DNA of 32,000 nucleotides, from assembly GCF_900079115.1 (NCBI RefSeq), contig NZ_LT549890.1, forward strand, positions 1,980,001 through 2,012,000. The letters run 5' to 3'. This DNA comes from Saccharolobus solfataricus (lineage in GTDB: Archaea > Thermoproteota > Thermoprotei_A > Sulfolobales > Sulfolobaceae). Positions within the stretch are counted from its first letter, which is position 1. Each line of letters begins with the position of its first letter. Shown here piece by piece: positions 18,856 to 26,351 of this stretch. The position numbers and the translations under genes were made by a program. The notes beneath the pieces were generated by a model. The model had not been told where the DNA came from. It searched no databases and saw nothing but the letters and a program-made list of their open reading frames with translations.

Positions 18856-19420
18856 AGGAAAACCCTGCTGGAGGACGACCTAAGCTCATTGCCCCTATCA
18901 TTAGCACTATGACCATTGCTATACCACCCAGGATTCCACCTATTATAGAGGAAATTATAATATTTTTGCTCTGAGATTTTCTTTCTTATTATCCATTTAT
19001 CTTCACATACTCTAAACTTAATAATTGAACATACACAATAATTTCTTCATTGGATTATCCTAATTCATACTAGAAATTTTCACAATTAGTCGTTTTAATC
19101 GAGATGTAGCTAAGGAATTAGAACGTGAAAAAACGGCCTCTGAAAAAGGTTTATGTGAGAAGGTTATGAAATCTTTTTGTGGTAGTACTAGAATGAACCT
19201 CGTAAGCCCTTTCACATAAGCTTTTCTAAAATAATGTCTTTGTTAAAATTTCTATATCTTAAACGTTAAACGAGCGTTTTTCCATACTACTCCAATATTT
19301 TTACAAACGTTTTTTGAATTTCATGACTGTTTGAGAACACTCCCAAAAAACAAGCTTAATATATTTATGTTACATTAGTACTAACCGTGTCATACGACAT
19401 TGCTGAGGAATTTTTGAGGA

Positions 19421-19600
19421 AGGGGTCGGACTTTCATTGAGGTTTCATGAATTTGTATTCAACCCCTCGTCCTCATACCCCTTATTTTCCTCCCCATGCC
19501 GTCTACGGGACTAACTCCCTTCAAGGACATGGGGAGTTTCATTGGGTGCCTTCCTCCCCCTCACATTGCTCACAGAGTTCATTGTGGCACCCTCTAACTT
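19421..19600 (+). repeat. GC-rich structured repeat, copy L (left arm of the inverted pair)
   Basis: Perfect stems aggggt(19421-26)/acccct(19462-67), ctccccatg(19490-98)/catggggag(19528-36) and gggtgcc(19544-50)/ggcaccc(19586-92). Aligns with the reverse complement of 21735-21915. Confidence 0.7.
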
Positions 19601-19616
19601 AATGTTAGCATGAAAG

Positions 19617-19624
19617 TTTATAAA
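19617..19624 (+). promoter_or_regulatory. TATA box (tttataaa, preceded by aaag) for the AbrB-like/TnpB-like genes
   Basis: Centred about 27 nt upstream of the ATG at 19647, the usual spacing for leaderless Sulfolobus mRNAs. Confidence 0.4.
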
Positions 19625-19646
19625 TTTTAATGCTTCTAACATTCTT

Positions 19647-19811
19647 ATGGAGCAAATAGTTTTCAGATCAACGGTCTCAAGTTATGGTACAGATAAGTAT
19701 GGGAATAAAAGATATGGCATAACAATACCTTCAAAACTAAGGGATAAGGGTGAGAAATTATACGGCAAGGAGGTGATTGTAATTGTTATCCTACCAGATG
19801 ATGAGGAGTAA
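19647..19811 (+). CDS. 54-aa SpoVT/AbrB-like (swapped-hairpin) small protein, absent from the ORF track
   Basis: MEQIVFRSTVSSYGTDKYGNKRYGITIPSKLRDKGEKLYGKEVIVIVILPDDEE. The GITIPSKLR...GKEV.V.V pattern is typical of AbrB/MazE/VapB-type DNA binders. It overlaps the next gene's ATG by 14 nt. Confidence 0.5.
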   Translation: MEQIVFRSTVSSYGTDKYGNKRYGITIPSKLRDKGEKLYGKEVIVIVILPDDEE

Positions 19812-20892
19812 ATTAATAGGGTCTAAGGAAGCACTTGATAACTTTCAATTCGTCACAATAAACGGTAAAGTGATTTTCAACGAGAAAGACAAGGTTGTTA
19901 GGATTGCTAGGGTTTACTCACAAGTTGTTAAGAGTGCTATTAAACCGTTGTTTGATGGGAAGAGTGTTGATGAGTTAACTAAGGAGTTTTATAATGTTTT
20001 ACCTAACTATGTTTATCTTGAAACTGCTTTAAAGCAAGCTAAGACAATTGTTGAGGGTTTGTTAGAAAGGGAGGAAGAGAGGGGTGAGATAATTCATGCA
20101 AGGATTAGAAAGTTCTGGTTTGGGAGTAGGGGTAATAAAAGTGATAGGGGTAATAGGAATATGAAGTTCCGCGTTTTAGAAGACCGCGTGTTAATTAAGG
20201 TTAGAGACCCGTGGAATAAGGAGTGGATTTTTGGGAAAGCTTATTTCGGTAAGGAGTACTTACCACTGCTTAAGGAGTTGGAGGATTTAGCTCAAAGGAA
20301 GGAGGAGGGTTACGGTGCTTTAGTAAGTTTTAAGGAAAAGTCGATGATTCACCTTCAAATCCCACTCTGGTTGTACTTGAAACACTTCTCTTTACCGAAG
20401 CCTACGGGTTACGGTTTGATTGCTGGTTTTGATTTAAATAGTGACAGACTGAACGTTGTTGTGATTAACAAAGATGGTAAAGTTATTACTACTAGAACTT
20501 TTTGGTATTCAGATGTTACTAGGCCAGGTTTTCCGAAAGTGAAAGCTAGGGCTTTACGGTTAAACGCTTTATCTAACTCCCTGGAGTTCCTATCAAGGAT
20601 TGGTGTTGATTACGTCGTTTTTGAGGATTTATTCCTAGTTAAGAGGAGGAAGTTTATCAAGAGTAAAAGTGGTAATAGGAAGATTAGCAAATTTGCTAAG
20701 AAGCAGTTACTAATTCACGGTGTTATTAAATCTTTAAGGTTTGGTTTTAACGTCGTGTTGGTCAATCCTAAGGGTACTACTAACTCTGGGGAGCATGATA
20801 GGGTAATGAGGGAAAAAGGGTTTGACAAGCATACGGCATCAGCTTACTTAATAGCATTAAAAGGGTTAGGAATGTTGAATGATATTAAATGA
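19798..20892 (+). CDS. tnpB: TnpB-like RuvC-fold protein (IS200/IS605 OrfB lineage) without the usual zinc finger
   Basis: About 364 aa from the ATG at 19798 (the ORF track starts at TTG 19783). RuvC-like motifs IAGFDLNSDRL, YVVFEDL and VNPKGTTNS....FDKHTASAYLIALKG. No CxxC pairs lie between the last two motifs. Confidence 0.75.
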   Translation: MMRSKLIGSKEALDNFQFVTINGKVIFNEKDKVVRIARVYSQVVKSAIKPLFDGKSVDELTKEFYNVLPNYVYLETALKQAKTIVEGLLEREEERGEIIHARIRKFWFGSRGNKSDRGNRNMKFRVLEDRVLIKVRDPWNKEWIFGKAYFGKEYLPLLKELEDLAQRKEEGYGALVSFKEKSMIHLQIPLWLYLKHFSLPKPTGYGLIAGFDLNSDRLNVVVINKDGKVITTRTFWYSDVTRPGFPKVKARALRLNALSNSLEFLSRIGVDYVVFEDLFLVKRRKFIKSKSGNRKISKFAKKQLLIHGVIKSLRFGFNVVLVNPKGTTNSGEHDRVMREKGFDKHTASAYLIALKGLGMLNDIK

Positions 20893-21277
20893 CATGAACT
20901 TCACGACTTATCGGAAACTGTTGACAACGGCAAAGGATTACTTAAAAGCTTCCGAACTGTCATTTGAGCACAACCTTTATGAAGCCTCAGCATTAAACAG
21001 TGAAATTTCAGCCCAACTCTCCTTAATTTTCAAGTTAGGAATAGAGCCTCCCCGAACTCACGGGATTAGAGAGTTACTTTCATTAATATACGCGAAACTT
21101 GGAGATAAAAGGATAAGTGACTTTACGAAGGAGAATAGAGAAAAACTCATTATTCTAGAGAACGTGAGAGGAAAGTCACAGTACGGTTTACCTCCAGTGT
21201 CTAGGGACGAGGCTGAAATAGCTTTAAGTACTGCGCAGGAAATACTAAAACTTGTAGAATCATTATGGAACCTATAG
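20879..21277 (+). CDS. HEPN-domain protein (toxin-like partner of MNT)
   Basis: 132 aa. AKDYLKASELSFEHNLYEASALNSEISAQL...PPRTHGIRELL fits HEPN. The start may be ATG 20894 (MNFTTYRK). Overlaps the tnpB stop and the MNT start. Confidence 0.8.
   Translation: MILNDMNFTTYRKLLTTAKDYLKASELSFEHNLYEASALNSEISAQLSLIFKLGIEPPRTHGIRELLSLIYAKLGDKRISDFTKENREKLIILENVRGKSQYGLPPVSRDEAEIALSTAQEILKLVESLWNL
20897..20930 (+). repeat. 34-nt double-hairpin boundary motif, copy b (encodes HEPN codons 2-12 counted from ATG 20894)
   Basis: AACTTCACGACTTATCGGAAACTGTTGACAACGG. 29/34 identical to copy a. Similarity among the three copies ends right after CAACGG. Confidence 0.7.
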
Positions 21278-21585
21278 AGAAGATAAAGTTATTACGAAAC
21301 TGGAGGGAAGCACTTAGAAAGCTTAACCTTGAAAGATTTGAAGAAGTATATGTGTTCGGCTCTGTAGTAAGCGACAAGATAACTGGGGCAAGTGATATTG
21401 ACTTAATCTTGGTTATTAAACGGGGTGAAGATAGGAATAAAGCGCTAATAGGCTTCTTCGATGAGGTCGAGAGCAAACTAGGGGAGAAAGCATCATATCT
21501 GTTTGACGTTAAAGTAATTTATGAAGATGAGAAAGAATTACCGCCATACAAGTTCTTTCTCAGAGATGCAGTGAGAGTAAAATGA
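21265..21585 (+). CDS. minimal nucleotidyltransferase (MNT), partner of HEPN
   Basis: 106 aa. VYVFGSVVSDKITGASDIDLILV carries the GS...DxD pol-beta NTase signature. 13-nt overlap with the HEPN gene. Confidence 0.85.
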   Translation: MEPIEKIKLLRNWREALRKLNLERFEEVYVFGSVVSDKITGASDIDLILVIKRGEDRNKALIGFFDEVESKLGEKASYLFDVKVIYEDEKELPPYKFFLRDAVRVK

Positions 21586-21734
21586 CTTTGTCTGTAATAT
21601 ATTTACGTAACTTTTAGTCATTTCTAATTAACTTCTAATCCTCTTAAAGCTATTAGGTAAGTTGATGACATATGCCTATCAAGTTACCTCACGTTCATAA
21701 CCCAAAGCTTAAAATCTTTATAGTTAATTACTCA

Positions 21735-21915
21735 GAGAGTATCACTATGAACTCTATGAGCAGTTGAGAGGGGGAGGAAAGTACTCAATGAAACTCCTCA
21801 TGTCGTGATTGGGAGGTAGGCTCCCTAACCTAGGCACGGGGAGGGAGAAGAAGTGATGAGACTGAGTAACTAGTAGTAATTAAAAATAACTATTAGTTAC
21901 GATGAAAGCCGAACT
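21735..21915 (-). repeat. GC-rich structured repeat, copy R (right arm, inverted relative to L)
   Basis: The reverse complement aligns with 19421-19600. A core of about 70 nt (gacatgaggagtttcattgagtactttcctccccctc..) is roughly 80-85 percent identical by eye and the flanks are weaker. It also retains part of the downstream attttaagctt promoter-proximal sequence. Confidence 0.7.
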
Positions 21916-22001
21916 CTGTTGTACTTCCTAAGATTTTAAAAGATAAGATAGTTCATCTTAATACACAGAAGATTTTTGCGTGCTTTTTTAGGGTATTATT
22001 G

Positions 22002-22035
22002 CCGTTGCCAACAGTTTTCGATAAACCGTAAAGTT
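22002..22035 (-). repeat. 34-nt double-hairpin boundary motif, copy c (inverted)
   Basis: Reverse complement is AACTTTACGGTTTATCGAAAACTGTTGGCAACGG, 32/34 identical to copy a. It is preceded on the minus strand by ttttataaata and followed by unrelated sequence. Confidence 0.7.
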
Positions 22036-22350
22036 TATATTATTTTGCATATATATTTATAAAAGTTGAAACAATCCACAAACCATCACTTTTCTCTACT
22101 TTTTAAGATATCTCCTCACTAAGATATCAGGAGGGATATTGTTAGAGAATGCTATTCGATAAATTGTTGATTAGTATATAATGAACATCTTAAACAAGAT
22201 CCCACCCACTATTATTGCTAAAGTTATCATAAAGAGTATTTTGTAGTTCTTCAAAGAATCCCTACTTGTCATTATAGATAAGCCTAAAAGTAACGGGCGA
22301 CGGATCTATTAAATAAGCTGCTGAAAAATTTACTAGTGCCTCAAATATAA

Positions 22351-22674
22351 TCAAGATTCCCATAAAATCGTCATCAACCTTACATTATAGTTAATAAACT
22401 TAGGTAATATGCCAAAATAATATATCAACGTAGGTATTAGCTCGTAAATATAATAATGAAAAGTAACGGATGATGTTACAATTAAGTAAGCTGGCAAAAC
22501 TAAATAGAGTAAAATATGCCCGTTAAGGTAGAATGCATAGGGGAAAATTATTGATAAGAATAACATCGCGTTCTCTAAACCCTTAGCTTCTTGCGCGTAA
22601 AGTAAAAATGAAGAAGCTAGTAATGCTATTATCGAAATAGAATAAACATTGTAGATATTCACTCCATGAGCCAA
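22351..22674 (-). CDS. hypothetical small membrane protein
   Basis: 107 aa with about 3 hydrophobic helices. TTG start preceded by ggagg. No recognisable family. Confidence 0.35.
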   Translation of the reverse strand: MAHGVNIYNVYSISIIALLASSFLLYAQEAKGLENAMLFLSIIFPYAFYLNGHILLYLVLPAYLIVTSSVTFHYYIYELIPTLIYYFGILPKFINYNVRLMTILWES

Positions 22675-22957
22675 AAACCTCCAGAGATAAATAGAAAAAT
22701 GAGAGAGACAATAGCTAGAAATTGAGGCAAGTATCTACTGTATTCAGTCTCCCTTCTTATCATTACTTAAGCTCAGCATTATTTCCACTAATTGCTTTCC
22801 CTTTTCATTGAGGTTATAATATTCTTCTTCTTTTAATATTAATGGCTCAAGAATTTTTAGATGATAATTTAATCATATTATTGAGCAACGTAGCATAAGG
22901 CTCCCTAATCATATGATATGTAAATCCTAAAAATCTAATAAACGTGTCGTTTTATAC

Positions 22958-23095
22958 TGCTTAGTTGATCTGTTGAATATTTTTAAATTAAATCACCAAT
23001 ATCTTCCTTTCAATTAATCTCATGATGTTCAATTTCTGTTTATGAATCCTCTTAACTCTTGGCGAAAATTCAATAAATCCATAAAGCAGTTTTAT
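22958..23095 (+). repeat. about 138-bp repeat, second copy (upstream of the PaREP1 gene)
   Basis: See 6263-6400. Same orientation relative to the downstream gene. Confidence 0.6.
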
Positions 23096-23370
23096 ACTTA
23101 AAGCGCAATCACAGTAGAACTATAGTTATAAGTTCGCTATTGCTTTGTCGAACTCTCAAACTTTCTTAAGTATAAGATTCAATTTTTCTTAAAGCCAAAC
23201 GCCGAATTAGGAGTAAGTAAACGGAAGTCAGAAAGAGTTATACTTGCTTATAGTCTGAAGGACAACAACATTTCTGAAACTATACAAGACCTTTCCGTAT
23301 GATAGGAATAGAGTCTTGCCCTTTAAAGTCTCAGAAAGTATAAAAGTGTGTTTTATAATGTTTATTAATA

Positions 23371-23736
23371 ATGAGTATAAGTACTAGTGCAGAAGTATAT
23401 TACGAGGAGGCTGAGGAGTTTTTATCTAAGGGTGATCTTGTTCAAGCTTGCGAGAAGTATTATAAGGCTGCTGAGGAAGCTATAAAACTTCTCGTTATAG
23501 AAAATAACCTAAAAGAAATAACAAATAACGTTAAGAACAAAGGAAGATGGAAAAGCGAAAACTTGTTTAAAGCTTCCAAATTGTTACGAAGTAATAACAC
23601 TGAAATACCAATTCTATGGAAAAGTGCATGGACTCTTCATGTGGAAGGATTCCACGAGCTTAGTTTAAACGAGAAGGAAGTTAAAAAACTTAAGGAAGAT
23701 GTTAGAAAACTGGTCATATTTGCAGTTAATAGTTAA
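23371..23736 (+). CDS. PaREP1-family protein (HEPN-related helical fold, from recollection of the Pfam clan)
   Basis: 121 aa. YYEEAEEFLSKGDLVQACEKYYKAAEEAIKLL ... GRWKSENL ... WKSAWTLHVEGFHE is the typical PaREP1 pattern. Confidence 0.7.
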   Translation: MSISTSAEVYYEEAEEFLSKGDLVQACEKYYKAAEEAIKLLVIENNLKEITNNVKNKGRWKSENLFKASKLLRSNNTEIPILWKSAWTLHVEGFHELSLNEKEVKKLKEDVRKLVIFAVNS

Positions 23737-23817
23737 GGATTTTACTCTCAATTAAAGAGACCATTGAAGTTTAATTAGCGTTCCATATAATTTATAGTAA
23801 ATTAATAATATTACTAT

Positions 23818-24015
23818 CACCATTTGAAAGATGAAGTATGAGTTTCTAAGGGCCATTCAAGTTTTCATTGCAAATTCATTATATTTCAAAAACTATGACG
23901 AATTTAATTGGGTGATAACGGTTTATAAAGGGAATACAAGCTTAATCGTGTTAATACTTTTATATTTATATTATTCATAAATTGAAATCGTAATGGATCC
24001 GTGAATCACCTCAGC
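23818..24015 (+). repeat. AT-rich non-coding repeat block, copy 2 (uninterrupted by the MITE)
   Basis: Aligns with 5505-5830 minus the 131-bp insertion and serves as the empty-site reference. Confidence 0.6.
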
Positions 24016-24196
24016 ATTTTGTAACATCAGATTAATACCACGTTAGTATTTTTAGTTTATCTCAAGATAAAAGAAATTCCCGTACTGAAGTGGACTAAGC
24101 TTAAACTAAGTTACAATGGAAAGGTTGGGAATTGCCTTGTTAAGAACGTCACTCGCATAATCCGTTATGTCTCTAAACACACATTATATAATGTAA

Positions 24197-25360
24197 TTAT
24201 ATAAAGGATAAAGATATTTTAAGTCTGTTGGATACAGATTGACCCGCCATACTCAAGATAAACTCAAAGATGAAACGATAAAAGGGAGCATTGTTCATAA
24301 GCTCTAGAATTCTATTGTCCTTAATATTGGCGTAAGCTATTCCTAGTGAACTAGAGATTTCATCTAAATAGAATAAGTAGTTACTTTCTGCGGTAATTTC
24401 ATTTATTATATTAAATAGAATATCCGGTTTGTCTACTGACTCCAAGAAAATGATCCCGACGTTAATTTTCACGTCACCTTTTAACTTCTGAAAGGCTTCC
24501 AAAGCAATGTCTAAGTATCTTTCCTTGTTAGTGTAGATATAAGCTGTATTAGCGGAAAGAGCGCGCATCATACTATTTGTGGTCTTATCTCCATGTTTAA
24601 TCCTCTCTATACTATCAATTAACTTGTCAACCTCGTCAATTTCATTGAAGATGGAGTGATAGCTCACTAACGAGTGAGCGGAGAAATAGAATTCATAGTC
24701 ATATTTCTTTAAGCCTTCCCTTAAACTCTCCACGAACTTCTCGCTTTCTTTAATTCTTCCTAGACCTCTTAATGCCACTGCCAAAGTATAATTATTTAGA
24801 ATTTTCTCCGTTTTTTCTCTTTTTACTCTTTCATTAAGCATAAGAGCGTCTTCAACCAATTCTGACCTGGCCGGTTCCTTATCAAACCTAATTGCTATAC
24901 TCCTTAGAAATTCAGAAATATTGGATTCAGTATTATAAGATGGATTATCTCTTAACAATCTCATGAAATACTCCATAGGATCATAATCCTCTAATAGGTG
25001 AGAACATTCTGCGATTACCCCCATTAAAGCTAACTTGGAATACGTAGGCTTCCTTCCACTGAGGCATTCGAGAAGAATAAGCGTATTAGAAACTAAAACC
25101 TTATCCTCAACAATTCTCTTATTTTTCTGAAGTATTATAGACATAGTATCCTTGTCTCCCATTATTAGGTAAACTTCAGCTAGTTTAACTAAGTGATCAG
25201 CAGAATGATCTCTCCTCTTTAAGATCTTATAGTACTCGTCCAGCTCATCTTTAGTTAGAATATTTTCCGAAGCTCTGTATAGATAATAATAAATCTCGGC
25301 AAATCTCCTTTCATAGGCACTTAGACCCCTTGTGAGTTCCTCAACTTCTTTGAAGTCCAT
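24197..25360 (-). CDS. all-helical repeat protein of unknown function (TPR-like)
   Basis: 387 aa with no catalytic motif recognised. A disrupted paralogue lies next to the ATPase gene at 12712-14575. Confidence 0.75.
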   Translation of the reverse strand: MDFKEVEELTRGLSAYERRFAEIYYYLYRASENILTKDELDEYYKILKRRDHSADHLVKLAEVYLIMGDKDTMSIILQKNKRIVEDKVLVSNTLILLECLSGRKPTYSKLALMGVIAECSHLLEDYDPMEYFMRLLRDNPSYNTESNISEFLRSIAIRFDKEPARSELVEDALMLNERVKREKTEKILNNYTLAVALRGLGRIKESEKFVESLREGLKKYDYEFYFSAHSLVSYHSIFNEIDEVDKLIDSIERIKHGDKTTNSMMRALSANTAYIYTNKERYLDIALEAFQKLKGDVKINVGIIFLESVDKPDILFNIINEITAESNYLFYLDEISSSLGIAYANIKDNRILELMNNAPFYRFIFEFILSMAGQSVSNRLKISLSFI

Positions 25361-25583
25361 TAATATTCAGTAAGTCCATTAGGAAAAATAGTTTACAGTA
25401 TATTTTAGACAAATCTTAACTAATTAGATCTTGGAAAACTCTTTACAATAGTCTGAGTATTTTTCTTAATAGTCTTTTCCTTAGTAAACATGAAGTCGAT
25501 TAGAAGTGGACTAAGGGTGATTCAAGCTTCCTTTGCAGATTGTAATATCTTGTCTAAATATGGCTGACTCCTTATGTGAACTA

Positions 25584-25978
25584 CCCTGCCCTAACCGGTA
25601 GACCCAAAATCGTATTATTAAAAACAATTGCTTTCTGTTTATAACTAATGATCATGCATTATACGATTATTTTATTTAATTATATCAAAATTTATGGGAA
25701 AAATCCAGCTCTATAGTAATATTTTTTATGATTGTTTACCTAAAAAGTGTAAAATTGGTGAAATGCCCCTGGTTATTGGGTATGAACATGTATCAAAAAT
25801 AACATTAGATTCAAAGAAATTTCATTTTATTTATATTGTTAGATGGGTATAATTGTATTTTAGGTTATTAATGATAAGTACAATGGGATATGTTTTCTTA
25901 TATTTGAAGAAACAATATGATAATCTTAGCTGAATTTATATTTGTAAGACTATTTTGGGTCTACCGTAACGGACAAGG
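25584..25978 (-). mobile_element. about 395-bp non-autonomous element with ISC1217-type termini, copy B
   Basis: ccctgccctaaccggtagacccaaaatcg at the left end and attttgggtctaccgtaacggacaagg at the right. The interior aligns with the reverse complement of copy A (e.g. aatataaataaaatgaaatttctt.gaatctaatg.tatttttgata). Confidence 0.6.
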
Positions 25979-26215
25979 CTTCCTGCTTCACAACCCCACC
26001 TTGCCAGCGGTAGAGGGCGGAGCTCCACACTAAGGGTCGTTCCGACCCCGAACGAAACTCATTAACCATGACACTGTTACCGCCTTTGGGGCTACTGTCT
26101 GGAGCAGAGGCGTACCTCATTGACCCTCGCTTTAACCAAGGCGTCTCGGTGACGCTCACTCCATTGGTAACTATCATTAAGAAATTTATGATTAGATTAG
26201 TTAAAAAACTTTTAT
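25979..26215. other. GC-rich island between two mobile elements: candidate structured RNA or degenerate GC-rich repeat member
   Basis: Local perfect stems: gggtcg/cgaccc-type (26034-26049 region) and gcgtc..gacgc (26141-26157 region). The overlapping ORFs on both strands (25950-26231 minus, 26068-26262 plus) have no protein-like features. Confidence 0.25.
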
Positions 26216-26351
26216 ATAAGGGGCTATCCATCCCTCACAGAAGGGGACTTTCGCCCCCTTAACCCCCGTTAAGATAAAACATATTAGTCAGATCTATGCG
26301 ATATAGATCTGACTGGGGTTGAGACCGTTGACTCCTTTGGGCTTAGAGCTC

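Noticed and set aside
19149-19222. Imperfect inverted repeat ggtttatgtgagaagg / ccctttcacataagc, about 45 nt apart.
   Set aside because: It is short and imperfect with no associated feature, so it is probably chance or a remnant.
19426-19440. GAAAGTCC-like motif on the minus strand (also at 26245-26258), reminiscent of RNase P RNA CR-I.
   Set aside because: It occurs in multiple repeat copies, no other RNase P conserved regions are seen, and a single-copy gene would not be repeated.
21853-21866. GTGATGA followed by CTGA, reminiscent of C and D boxes of a C/D sRNA.
   Set aside because: The boxes are only 2 nt apart, no C'/D' pair or terminal stem lies at a sensible spacing, and the site is inside repeat arm R.
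25950-26262. Overlapping 93-aa (minus) and 64-aa (plus) ORFs in the GC-rich island.
   Set aside because: Both start inside or next to a MITE end, have no start context and no protein-like features. Open frames on both strands are expected in GC-rich sequence.
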